From: an uncultured SAR86 cluster bacterium
GTDB lineage: Bacteria > Pseudomonadota > Gammaproteobacteria > Magnimaribacterales > D2472
Assembly (NCBI GenBank): GCA_902610905.1
Contig: CACLXS010000001.1
Location: 6,079 to 70,078 of the forward strand
Direction: 5' to 3'
Length of the DNA: 64,000 nt
Shown here: piece after piece, positions 20,444-29,559 of the stretch
How the letters are laid out: every line of letters starts with the position of its first letter
How positions within the stretch are numbered: position 1 is the stretch's first letter
Notes under the pieces: model-generated
Seen by the model: the letters and a program-made list of their open reading frames with translations, nothing else
Told to the model about the DNA's origin: nothing
Databases searched by the model: none
Position numbers and translations under genes: made by a program

Positions 20444-21067
20444 TTAATAGTTTTCCGGACGCTTAGCTTGATATTGCATAAAATAATTCCTGACCCACTG
20501 TAAATCTTTTTCACTATCGCCCGATGGCTCATAGAACTTATCAAGAAATATTCTTTTCTTACCAAAATCAAAGACGCCAAGAAAGATTTTTCCCTCAACT
20601 GCCTTGGCAATTCTTAAAAAACCTGATTTCATCTTTTCTGTTTTTGCTCTTGTACCTTCAGGAGCCATAGCTATTAATGAGCCGTTTAGTTTTTTCATAT
20701 TTTGAATTGCGACTTCTGTTAACCCAGATCCAGGTTTTGTTTTATCAACGGGTATGCCCCCCATATACTTTAGAAATTTTCCAAGAACAGGTTTGGTAAA
20801 GAGGCTATGTTTTCCAAAAAAAGAAATTTTTGCATCTAACCCTAATATTGCTGCAAATCCAAAAATACCGTCCCAGTTTGATGTATGGGGTCCTGCAATA
20901 ATGATTAAATTTTCATTACCTTTAACAGGTGGAACAAAACCATCAACCTTCCACCCAAATATCCTTAAAAAACATCTAGCTGTCCATTGGACTATTTTAG
21001 GTCTAGAGGCCCGATATCTTGCAGGAATTTGTTTAGTTGAAACTATATTGTTCTGATTGGGCTGCAT
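20444..21067 (-). CDS. Lysophospholipid/1-acylglycerol-3-phosphate acyltransferase family protein
   Basis: HTSNWD (HX4D) and APEGTR motifs. Confidence 0.75.
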   Translation of the reverse strand: MQPNQNNIVSTKQIPARYRASRPKIVQWTARCFLRIFGWKVDGFVPPVKGNENLIIIAGPHTSNWDGIFGFAAILGLDAKISFFGKHSLFTKPVLGKFLKYMGGIPVDKTKPGSGLTEVAIQNMKKLNGSLIAMAPEGTRAKTEKMKSGFLRIAKAVEGKIFLGVFDFGKKRIFLDKFYEPSGDSEKDLQWVRNYFMQYQAKRPENY

Positions 21068-21071
21068 TGAA

Positions 21072-21755
21072 CTAATTTTGCCTTCTATCTTTAATTAAAT
21101 ATGGTAGATACATTGCGTAACATATAAGAATTGCGGCTATGTATAGATCAATAATATGGAAAGGTTCTGCTCTCATAAATGAAGTTATGTTGTCGCCAAC
21201 TGGCTTTTCAGCTAAAAACCAATAATTAGTTCCAAGAATATAATTCATAAAATGCGTAAAAATTAACAACACTGAAGCATATAAAAGAGCTTTAAATACA
21301 TCATTGATATATGGTCTTTGTTCGTCGATGACCATTGCATATGTTACTCCCAACAATATCATTGTATGGCCAATTTGACTCTGAATATAACCTACATATG
21401 GAAACCCATATATTGTGTCTGGAGTTAGAATTGACATGCCGCCACCTGCTATTCCAAAAAAGAATGCAAATACGAAAAAATTCCTATTTTGCGTTAGAAA
21501 ATAAAGAATGATTGCCATAGTTGAAAAGTCGCATAGATGAAGCGGCAAACCTTCTTGCCATTGATTAGAAAGAATTCCTTCTCTATAAAAATCCATTCCC
21601 TGATTTATTAATAGAACAAATATTATGGAATTCATCAAAGCCTTTTTATGCTTTTGTGATTTATTTACAAAATATTTTGGTATAAAAATTATAACTAATA
21701 AGCTTAGTAAAACTGATGTTATATGAGACGGACTCAGTAAAACTAGCTCATTCAT
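21072..21755 (-). CDS. Polytopic integral membrane protein of unknown function (possibly YwaF/TIGR02206-like)
   Basis: 227 aa with about 7 hydrophobic segments. The family call is from memory only. Confidence 0.45.
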   Translation of the reverse strand: MNELVLLSPSHITSVLLSLLVIIFIPKYFVNKSQKHKKALMNSIIFVLLINQGMDFYREGILSNQWQEGLPLHLCDFSTMAIILYFLTQNRNFFVFAFFFGIAGGGMSILTPDTIYGFPYVGYIQSQIGHTMILLGVTYAMVIDEQRPYINDVFKALLYASVLLIFTHFMNYILGTNYWFLAEKPVGDNITSFMRAEPFHIIDLYIAAILICYAMYLPYLIKDRRQN

Positions 21756-21773
21756 TGTGAAAAAATCTATTAC

Positions 21774-22265
21774 TTATGGGGACTCTGGAAGAGATTCATA
21801 ATTTAATTCTTCATATGGATTTTGAACGCCAATTGCATCAGGATGGACAACTGAAATATCTATGTCGCTTCCATAATCTCCTGCAATAAATCCGGCAACA
21901 GTATCACGAGGTGATATGTATATGGTAGCGAACCTGCCACTTTTTGCATAAACAAGAGTTACCTCTTCTCCTACTTTAGAAGATATCAACTGCCAACCTG
22001 TTGAGAGTGTTTCGGTTCCATAAAAAATTAAATTTTCTGCAGGACTATACCCAGATGTTAATATAATTCTTCCAGAGATAGATTCTCCGGTTCCTAATAA
22101 TACAGTTGGCGCTTTTATAATTTCAGCATCTTCTGGTAAGGGTAAATCTTCAAGCAGGAATGCAATAACTTTTCTCTGATTTGCCTGATATTCATCAGTA
22201 ATAATCGCGCATCCAGAAAAAATTAATAGGGCTATAAATGAGGTTAGGAAATTTTTATTTATCAT
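21774..22265 (-). CDS. Hypothetical lipoprotein
   Basis: Lipobox LLIFSGCA. Confidence 0.55.
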   Translation of the reverse strand: MINKNFLTSFIALLIFSGCAIITDEYQANQRKVIAFLLEDLPLPEDAEIIKAPTVLLGTGESISGRIILTSGYSPAENLIFYGTETLSTGWQLISSKVGEEVTLVYAKSGRFATIYISPRDTVAGFIAGDYGSDIDISVVHPDAIGVQNPYEELNYESLPESP

Positions 22266-22411
22266 GATTGCTTATATTACACTTTTTATATCAATTTACA
22301 TCTAAATATATACTTGGCCATACTTATTATCAACAAAATCGTCCCAATAGGTAATTCCACCAATCATATTTATATCTCTCCAATATATATATTTATTTAG
22401 GATATATTTTA

Positions 22412-23200
22412 CTATATTTTAGACAAAAGATATTTTTGTAATATTCTTACTTTTTTTTCACCACCGAAATAATTTATTTCTTCTGCGTCGAAAGTATTTA
22501 TGCTAGTAATTAAATTCCGTTTTTGTTTGGGGTATCTATGAATTAATGAGAGTGGTTGAAACATAACATTGATAGTAAATAATGAATATTCTTCATGAAA
22601 TCTGCACAATGTTTCTTTCTCAGATCTTATAAACCATTTTGCTGGATCATCAAACAATGAATCTTCTTCAACAAGATGAAACCTTTCTGTGTCTCCATGA
22701 ACTAACCAATTTTGCCTTGCAAATGGCTTCATGAGCGGAGCTTGTTTTATGAATGTAGAAATTCTATCTCCAATTTTTTCATTGAGTGTTGTTACAGGAT
22801 GATGGATTTCTTTTAGCGGCTTTCCTATTTTTAACTTAACATTCCAATAACTTGGAGAGCAAATGCTGGCAGCTAAAAGCTCTTGATCTCCTTTTGCTCT
22901 GATTAGACACAAATCATCTTGAATGAGTAAGCTTATATCAGCAATTAGATCATTATAAATTGACTCTTTTAAGTTAAATTTCTTACTTAAAATTTCTTGT
23001 GCTTCAAGAGAGTCGCTAGTTACTGCAATAACATCATTATATTTGTTGTCTAGTAATTCTTTCTTATACGAATAAAGGCTGGGTCCAATTCTTCTATTCA
23101 ACCATTCATCTTTAGATATTGGCTTAAGTCCTAATCTATATTTTTGTTTGCCATCTCCCCAGGGAGGGTTCTCCCAAAAGAAAGAGTCAACATCAAGCAT
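22412..23200 (-). CDS. DUF3445-like protein (heme-dependent oxidative N-demethylase alpha-subunit-like family)
   Basis: About 260 aa with N-terminal ...YRLGLKPISKDEWL... pattern typical of DUF3445 as recalled. The start abuts the upstream stop. Confidence 0.5.
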   Translation of the reverse strand: MLDVDSFFWENPPWGDGKQKYRLGLKPISKDEWLNRRIGPSLYSYKKELLDNKYNDVIAVTSDSLEAQEILSKKFNLKESIYNDLIADISLLIQDDLCLIRAKGDQELLAASICSPSYWNVKLKIGKPLKEIHHPVTTLNEKIGDRISTFIKQAPLMKPFARQNWLVHGDTERFHLVEEDSLFDDPAKWFIRSEKETLCRFHEEYSLFTINVMFQPLSLIHRYPKQKRNLITSINTFDAEEINYFGGEKKVRILQKYLLSKI

Positions 23201-24022
23201 TTAAACCTTTTCAGTTTTCGGTTCCTGCGGAGATCTGAAGATTGGCCAAAATAATTGGGTTAGCGCAGATACTTCTGACAAGTTTTCAACTCCAACTTCT
23301 TTTGGATACTCCCTTGTTATCTTTGCAGTGCCAAAAATTATATCCCACAAAAATAATAAATTACCGTAGTTACCTTTGTAATGAGTATTCTCATCAGTTA
23401 AGTGTTTTCCATGATGCATCCAGTGAGTTGAAGGTGTAGATATAGTTCTCTCAAGGACCCACATAATTGGACTCATCCATTTAATCTCATAAAGTTTTTT
23501 ATCCCATCTTAAATCTGTATGAGCTCCGTATATTACAGCTTGCTTTACTACAATATAAACAGCATAAACCCATCCTGATCCTAAATAAAAAAGGGCTCCT
23601 GCAAACCAAAGTCCTGGCATTAATATGTAATATAAGAGAGCATTCCTGTAAACGATTCGAATAGACATGTACTCAGAGTCATGATGGGCTCTATGAAGGT
23701 TGTATAAAGCTGGAACATTGTGGCAGGTTCTATGCCACCAGTATTGTGTTAAATCATCAAAAATTAAAAGCAAGCCAAATATTGCAAAAAAGCCCCATTC
23801 AGAAATTAGACCCTTGGTGGCTGGAAAAAACGTTTCAGTTAAACCATAGCCAAAACCAAAAACCAATGGGAGCACAAGAAAATTCAATTGAAAGAATCCA
23901 AATAGCTCAACCACTCCATCTTTTGACTTTTGATTATGTTTGGAAAAGAAATTTGTATATACGATTTCTAAAAGCACAAGGCCAAAGAATAGCCCCAAGA
24001 TAACTATTTGATATGTTTCCAT
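23201..24022 (-). CDS. Fatty acid hydroxylase / sterol desaturase superfamily membrane di-iron oxygenase
   Basis: Histidine boxes HRTCH, HRAHH and HWMHH; N-terminal TM segments. Confidence 0.85.
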   Translation of the reverse strand: METYQIVILGLFFGLVLLEIVYTNFFSKHNQKSKDGVVELFGFFQLNFLVLPLVFGFGYGLTETFFPATKGLISEWGFFAIFGLLLIFDDLTQYWWHRTCHNVPALYNLHRAHHDSEYMSIRIVYRNALLYYILMPGLWFAGALFYLGSGWVYAVYIVVKQAVIYGAHTDLRWDKKLYEIKWMSPIMWVLERTISTPSTHWMHHGKHLTDENTHYKGNYGNLLFLWDIIFGTAKITREYPKEVGVENLSEVSALTQLFWPIFRSPQEPKTEKV

Positions 24023-24028
24023 TAGGTA

Positions 24029-24334
24029 TTAAAAAATCTTATGTTTGCCCTGAAGTATTTCTAAATACATCTTATGATCACCAATAAAACTCCAAAAAGG
24101 ATATTTAAAGGTTGCTGGTTTATTTTTTTCAACAAAAAAATGACCTATCCATGCAAACCCATATCCAGCTAATAATGAATACAATAAATACATTAAATCA
24201 AAGGTCATGAAGAACCTTATGTAAAGATAAATGGCTATAGTAGTTCCAATGAAATGTAATAATTTTGTTGTTTTGTTGCTATGTTCGCTTAAATAGTATG
24301 GATAAAAATCTTTAAAATTCTTATATCTTTCCAT
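24029..24334 (-). CDS. DUF962 (Mpo1-like) membrane protein
   Basis: FKDFYPYYLSEHSNKTTKLLHFIGT... and GHFFVEKNKPATFKYP pattern typical of the DUF962/Mpo1 family; 101 aa. Confidence 0.7.
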   Translation of the reverse strand: MERYKNFKDFYPYYLSEHSNKTTKLLHFIGTTIAIYLYIRFFMTFDLMYLLYSLLAGYGFAWIGHFFVEKNKPATFKYPFWSFIGDHKMYLEILQGKHKIF

Positions 24335-24431
24335 ATCAGTCCCCCAGTGAACTATAAAGATAACCTTAATTTATCTTATAAACAATATTAAAGACTATTC
24401 AAATATGCTAGCAAGCTTTTCAATTTTAAGC

Positions 24432-24464
24432 AGGCGCTGCCTTCAAGCAGCGCTTCTTTTTTTA
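24432..24464 (+). terminator. GC-rich hairpin + T-tract (intrinsic-terminator-like)
   Basis: GGCGCTGC (24433-24440), loop CTTCAA, then GCAGCGCT (24447-24454), followed by TCTTTTTTTTATTT. The T-tract is on the + strand, although both neighbouring genes are on the - strand. Confidence 0.45.
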
Positions 24465-25076
24465 TTTAGGTGCTGACTCTGGTTGGTAATCGTAATAACC
24501 ATTAACTGGAATCATAAGATGAACATAAGGCGAACCTTTGAACATTACATATGGAGCTCCTGTTGTATAGTCAGTAGATTGGCCATCCATTGAAGATGGA
24601 TCTTTTGGCATCAACATTAAATGGGCACCGGATTCAATAAAATGCTTATGTCCTGCATCTTTTTGTCCATCAGTGTAAGGCTTAAAATTGTCTACGCCCA
24701 AATCACCATGGAGCATCCAGATCCAACCATCTCCATCTAATTCTGGCTTAGTATTGGATTTGTATGCATTCGCCCAGGCAACAGCATTCTTATCTGAGCA
24801 TGCAGCTGCAGATTCGTGTGGGTCTTTAAAGCCGTCTTTTGGCATAGGCATAAAAGGCTCGCACCTCCATCCATTTGTGCCCTCTCTCAACACTTTTCCT
24901 GAAGCCCCAATAACAGTAGCATGGTCTCCAATAAATGCAGGCGCAGCTGATGTGTATGCTTTTATCTCCCAGTCCTCTGAGTTACCCATACCGCCATGAC
25001 TATGAGATCCATGATCTCCAGCGGTTAGGCTAATCGAAGTAAACAAAAACAATACTCCTAATAATTTATTTTTCAT
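24462..25076 (-). CDS. Secreted protein of unknown function with His-rich N-terminus
   Basis: Signal peptide MKNKLLGVLFLFTSISLTAG followed by DHGSHSHGGMG. GGGGGT RBS lies 7 nt before ATG 25076; the ORF is open to 25091. Confidence 0.6.
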   Translation of the reverse strand: MKNKLLGVLFLFTSISLTAGDHGSHSHGGMGNSEDWEIKAYTSAAPAFIGDHATVIGASGKVLREGTNGWRCEPFMPMPKDGFKDPHESAAACSDKNAVAWANAYKSNTKPELDGDGWIWMLHGDLGVDNFKPYTDGQKDAGHKHFIESGAHLMLMPKDPSSMDGQSTDYTTGAPYVMFKGSPYVHLMIPVNGYYDYQPESAPK

Positions 25077-25167
25077 GATTTCTACCCCCATGTATTTAAA
25101 TTAATTTTTATAGTTATAACATCTTGAGTGAACTATTAAAAATATAAAAATTATATTTATTATTTAG

Positions 25168-25719
25168 CTACTCTATTAATTTTAATGCATTGATAAGGTT
25201 AGACTCCATTAGGTTTTTAGAAAGACACCTTCTATAAGGCTCAGCTCCGTATGCTGGCGTCCCAACTAAAATTAATTTGGATTCATTCGTTGCAAAATTC
25301 CATCTTGTTCCCGTTTCAATAGATGTAAATTGATAATTTGAAATAATCTCTATTTCTAAAGAATTATTTAATGGGGTTGCCTCAATAGTTGTTTCAATGA
25401 TCAAAGATGATTCAAAAATTCTTTGAATATAATTTACATACAGTTCGTCATTCATTTTTCCACAATCTATATAGTCTTGAATATTTTTTGGATTAATTAC
25501 AAAAGATGCTTTTTTATTACTTTTATCAAAATTAATCTGTTGATTATCTAAAAGATTGATCTTTGATGTCCTTGTCCAGAACTCATTGACTTCAAGATTT
25601 ATATAAAACTTGTTATTAAAAAATTCTTTTTCAGCAGGAGGTGTGTATTTGTTTTCTTGAAGTGACTCCTGACATGAAAATACTAATATAGTGCAGATGA
25701 CTAAATATATTTTTGGCAT
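25168..25719 (-). CDS. Hypothetical lipoprotein
   Basis: Lipobox ILVFSCQ; 183 aa. Confidence 0.55.
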   Translation of the reverse strand: MPKIYLVICTILVFSCQESLQENKYTPPAEKEFFNNKFYINLEVNEFWTRTSKINLLDNQQINFDKSNKKASFVINPKNIQDYIDCGKMNDELYVNYIQRIFESSLIIETTIEATPLNNSLEIEIISNYQFTSIETGTRWNFATNESKLILVGTPAYGAEPYRRCLSKNLMESNLINALKLIE

Positions 25720-25721
25720 TT

Positions 25722-26918
25722 TTAATCAATACTTTTTGCTATAGCTCTAAACATAGCGACATGAGCTGCCTTTGAATATTCTTTTTCAGCAGTAAACCTA
25801 TGGTTTGAAGATGTTTTTGCAATAACAATATTTTTAATTGGGTCAACATATATGTACTGATTATAAATACCCGATGCAGTGAAGTCTGTATCAGGAAATC
25901 CAGGCACCCACCATTGAAAGCCATATCCCCATGGTGATGATGAAAGCTCGTGTTCTCCTGGTAATAAATGAGGAGCATCTGTTTCATGTGATGCATCAAT
26001 CCATGAAGATGGCACAATCTCCTCTCCATTCCATCTGCCTCTATTTGCATACAATAAACCGAACTTTGCATAATCTCTTAATGTTGCATTAAGGCCTCCT
26101 AGAGCCATTTCAACACCATTATTATCAACAATAAAATAGGCCTCATCCTCCATTCCAATCTTGTTCCAAAGCTTTTCATATAGGTAATCTTTTAGGGACA
26201 TGCCTGTTACCTCGGTAAGCAAGAACCCTAAAATTTGAGTATCAATACTTACATAATGATGAAAAGTTCCTGGCTCCTTTTCCCTTTTGAGGCTTTTAGC
26301 AAAATCTCTAAATGAAGAGCCTTTTGCAATGGTTCTTCCATATCTATTTATGTCAGAGTTTGGATCAGCATAATCTTCGTTCCATTTAACACCTGAAGAC
26401 ATTTGTAGAATATCTTTAATGCGCACTCCCTCATATCCTGTATCATTAAAGTCAGGTAAATATTTTGTAATAGGGTCTTCTATGCTTGCAATTAAGCCCT
26501 CATCATGAGCTATGCCGACTAAAGCTGAAACAAATGACTTGGTAACCGAAAAAGCTATGTGTTGGCTATCTGGCCTGTTACCATTCCAATAATTTTCATA
26601 CAACAAATCTCCCTTATGCAAAACCATCAAACCATCAGTTTTAAAATGCAATAACCCTTGCTCAAGGTTTACATCTTCACCCTCAAAATAATACGTATCT
26701 GGAAGGTGAAAATCTTTTCTAGGAAAGATGTGAGGATTATCTGAAGATGGTATTCGCTCAGAGATTGGAAAGATCTTGTCTATAGTAATGAAGTTGCTTG
26801 AAATTTTATTCTCATTATAGAGATTTGCTAGTTTGTATAATCTTAACGCCTTTGGCCCATAAAAAAAAGACGCAAAAATTAATAAAATAAAAAAAATAAT
26901 AAAAACTGTCTTAGTCAT
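25722..26918 (-). CDS. Beta-lactamase-related serine hydrolase (class C / esterase-like), membrane-anchored
   Basis: SVTKSF (SxxK) motif, N-terminal TM; 398 aa. Confidence 0.8.
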   Translation of the reverse strand: MTKTVFIIFFILLIFASFFYGPKALRLYKLANLYNENKISSNFITIDKIFPISERIPSSDNPHIFPRKDFHLPDTYYFEGEDVNLEQGLLHFKTDGLMVLHKGDLLYENYWNGNRPDSQHIAFSVTKSFVSALVGIAHDEGLIASIEDPITKYLPDFNDTGYEGVRIKDILQMSSGVKWNEDYADPNSDINRYGRTIAKGSSFRDFAKSLKREKEPGTFHHYVSIDTQILGFLLTEVTGMSLKDYLYEKLWNKIGMEDEAYFIVDNNGVEMALGGLNATLRDYAKFGLLYANRGRWNGEEIVPSSWIDASHETDAPHLLPGEHELSSSPWGYGFQWWVPGFPDTDFTASGIYNQYIYVDPIKNIVIAKTSSNHRFTAEKEYSKAAHVAMFRAIAKSID

Positions 26919-27332
26919 TTATTTTTTATTTCTTGGAAAAGTATACATAGTACAAATTTTATTCCCTGATGGATCTAGTAAATATGCTAAATAATATTTC
27001 ATGCCCATGCTCTCTCTTATGCCGGGTGGGTCACATAATTCTGCATCAGTCCCTCCTGCATTTTTACCAGCTTCATACCATGCATCAATCATCTCAGGAC
27101 TGCTAGCATGAAATCCAATAGTGGCTCCATTTCCATGACTTGCATCCTGATCATTAATTGGTTCAGTAATTAAAAAACTATTTTTATAATCAATAAAATA
27201 TATGTATCTTTTTCTTTCATCATGTCCTAGTGTTAATTTTCCAGGCCTGGCACCAAGAACACCAAGTGTCTTGTCATAGAAAATTTTTGATTTTTCAATG
27301 TCAGTTGCCCCTAACATTACATGGCTAAACAT
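26919..27332 (-). CDS. VOC (glyoxalase/bleomycin resistance/dioxygenase) family protein
   Basis: MFSHVMLGATDIEKSKIFYDK N-terminus typical of VOC; 137 aa. Confidence 0.75.
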   Translation of the reverse strand: MFSHVMLGATDIEKSKIFYDKTLGVLGARPGKLTLGHDERKRYIYFIDYKNSFLITEPINDQDASHGNGATIGFHASSPEMIDAWYEAGKNAGGTDAELCDPPGIRESMGMKYYLAYLLDPSGNKICTMYTFPRNKK

Positions 27333-27346
27333 ATAAACTTCCCCAA

Positions 27347-27988
27347 TTAATTTTTATTAAATAATACTACGTCTTTAGCAATTATTTCACAATGCCAATC
27401 TCTTTGCTGAGCTATAACATAAAATGTTTCTTCAGCATAAAATACAACATGGGTTGGGTCTCTTCTGTAGTGCCATAAATCAAAAGTATCATAAGACGTC
27501 AAAAAGCATGTCATCACACCAAGCCATCCGTCTTTTTTTAGCAATGTATTAATAAGGTCAAATTCTTTTTTTGGATTAAAGAAATGTTCAGCTGTTTCTG
27601 TGCAAGTTATAAAGTCATATGTTTTAGAGAAGATTTCTTTATTAGGGAAAAAGAATGGATCATACAGATCTATTAGATATTTATTCTTTATAAATATATC
27701 TGCTAGAGCTGGTCCATGACCACAACCAAAATCTAAACCCTTTGAATTTGGATTAATTTTATCCATTAAAGGGCTCGAAAGTTTGGACAAAAAATTCCTA
27801 TAGCCCTCATCCTCAATAATATTTTCATGCTCTAAATATCTTTTCTTTTCAGAATCCTCATCAATATGATGTTTTTTGTCTAAAAACCTGGCTCCGCATG
27901 AATTACAGTGCCAGTAGTTTAAACAATCAGATGTCTGAAATGACTCGACTAGATTACTACTACATACTATACAATCTTGGGTATTCAT
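27347..27988 (-). CDS. Class I SAM-dependent methyltransferase with N-terminal CxxC..CxxC zinc ribbon
   Basis: CIVCSS...CNSCGARF, then GLDFGCGHGPAL motif I. Confidence 0.75.
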   Translation of the reverse strand: MNTQDCIVCSSNLVESFQTSDCLNYWHCNSCGARFLDKKHHIDEDSEKKRYLEHENIIEDEGYRNFLSKLSSPLMDKINPNSKGLDFGCGHGPALADIFIKNKYLIDLYDPFFFPNKEIFSKTYDFITCTETAEHFFNPKKEFDLINTLLKKDGWLGVMTCFLTSYDTFDLWHYRRDPTHVVFYAEETFYVIAQQRDWHCEIIAKDVVLFNKN

Positions 27989-28089
27989 TTATAACTTTGG
28001 TGCTTTAACCAATTATATAGGCTCTCAAAAGAGTTGTTTTTTTATAATATAATCTTACATCCAATCATGCCAAAAATATTTTTTTATAA

Positions 28090-29406
28090 ATGAAAGACTC
28101 CAATATCAAAGATGAGCTAAAAACTTTTGATAACACGTTAGATCAAATTCTTGAGCTTCTAGATTCTGATACTCAACAATTCATTTACCTCACAGGAGCA
28201 GCTGGAACTGGTAAAACCACTCTAATTGAAAGGGTCCTTGATGAAAATAATCTCAAAATGATGGTTGTAGCTCCAACCGGAGTTGCTGCACTTAATATTG
28301 GAGGGAGTACAATTAATTCTGCTTTTAGAATAGGCTTTGATATTTTCCCTCAAATTCAAGAGTCTAATGACCCAAGATTTAAAAAATTACTTAAAAAACT
28401 AGAGTTACTAATTATTGATGAGATCTCTATGGTCAGGGCTCCAATGCTTGATGCTATATCCGACACCTTGAAACTGCATAGAAACTCTTCAGAACCCTTT
28501 GGCGGCATTCATGTTTTGGCATGTGGAGATCTTTTTCAGCTTCCTCCAGTAGTAAAGGATAACGAGATTGATGCTATTGATGAAAAATATGAGTCTGTAT
28601 ATTTTTTTAGCTCCAATAGCTTTAAAGAAATAGAGGCTCCAGCTTTTTTTGAGCTTACATATTCTTTTAGACAAAGTGAGGATGAAGGCTTTTATTCTTT
28701 GCTGAACAATATACGACTAGGCAAGGATCTTTCGGAAACTATAAATAAAATAAATAGAAGATGCTTTAATCCAGAGTTTGAAAATGAGTCTTCATTAATA
28801 ATCACAACTAGAAAGTATAGGGCTGATCAAATTAATGAGGCAATGCTTAACGAAATAGATGGCCCTGCTATCTCTGCAAAATCTGAAGAGCTTGGAGAGT
28901 TTAACGACAATGATCTTCCTGCACCAAGAAATCTCAGAATAAAAAAAGATGCAAAAGTAATGTTTATTAAAAATGATAGTGAGGGAAGATGGGTAAACGG
29001 GACTATTGGGATCGTCACAAACTGTTCTGATAAAAAAGGAAGGTTTTTAAAGATACAAGTTGGAGACGAAATATTTAAGGTTAAAAGAGAAGAGTGGAAT
29101 AAGATTAAGTATGTATACGACGAATATAATGATGAAATGGAAGAAGAGATAGTTTCATCTTTCAAACAGTTTCCATTAAAGCTTGGTTGGGCTGTAACTA
29201 TTCATAAGGCACAGGGCTTAACTTTAGAAAGTTGTTCAATTGATCTTGGTAATGGTGCTTTTGCTACAGGTCAAACATATGTAGCTTTAAGTAGATGCAA
29301 AACTCTTAATTCAGTTAACTTATACCAAGAACTTAAAGAAAGAGACGCTTTAGTAGACTCGGCAATAAAAGATTTCCACAAAGAAAACTTTAACTCTTCG
29401 GCTTGA
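28090..29406 (+). CDS. Pif1/RecD-like SF1B DNA helicase
   Basis: GAAGTGKTT Walker A, LIIDEISMV, GDLFQLPPV, TIHKAQGLT and QTYVALSR motifs; 438 aa. Confidence 0.85.
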   Translation: MKDSNIKDELKTFDNTLDQILELLDSDTQQFIYLTGAAGTGKTTLIERVLDENNLKMMVVAPTGVAALNIGGSTINSAFRIGFDIFPQIQESNDPRFKKLLKKLELLIIDEISMVRAPMLDAISDTLKLHRNSSEPFGGIHVLACGDLFQLPPVVKDNEIDAIDEKYESVYFFSSNSFKEIEAPAFFELTYSFRQSEDEGFYSLLNNIRLGKDLSETINKINRRCFNPEFENESSLIITTRKYRADQINEAMLNEIDGPAISAKSEELGEFNDNDLPAPRNLRIKKDAKVMFIKNDSEGRWVNGTIGIVTNCSDKKGRFLKIQVGDEIFKVKREEWNKIKYVYDEYNDEMEEEIVSSFKQFPLKLGWAVTIHKAQGLTLESCSIDLGNGAFATGQTYVALSRCKTLNSVNLYQELKERDALVDSAIKDFHKENFNSSA

Positions 29407-29559
29407 TTCTTCTTAAGTAAAGAACTCCAAATAACATGGTATAAATAGTGGCTTTAGTTTTACCATGAGGAGATTTAGCAATAAGGTTTTTAAATATTAA
29501 GCATTCTATAAAATGAATAAAAAACCAAGCAAAAACCAGGTAGGTAAAAATTTCCATTC

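Noticed and set aside
24346-25136. Shared 10-mer AGTGAACTAT (24346-24355 and 25127-25136) upstream of two neighbouring minus-strand genes, considered as a possible common operator.
   Set aside because: A 10-nt AT-rich match is within chance expectation for 64 kb. The distances to the two start codons differ, and there is no palindromic structure.
28067-28093. 8-codon upstream ORF (MPKIFFYK*) whose TGA overlaps the Pif1 helicase ATG.
   Set aside because: It has no Shine-Dalgarno sequence, and such mini-ORFs arise easily in AT-rich spacers. There is no independent support.
29435-29467. CATGGTA...TACCATG inverted repeat between the convergent Pif1 and psiE genes, considered as a bidirectional terminator.
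   Set aside because: The stem is only 7 bp and AT-rich, the loop is 19 nt and no U-tract follows. It is unlikely to be a stable terminator.
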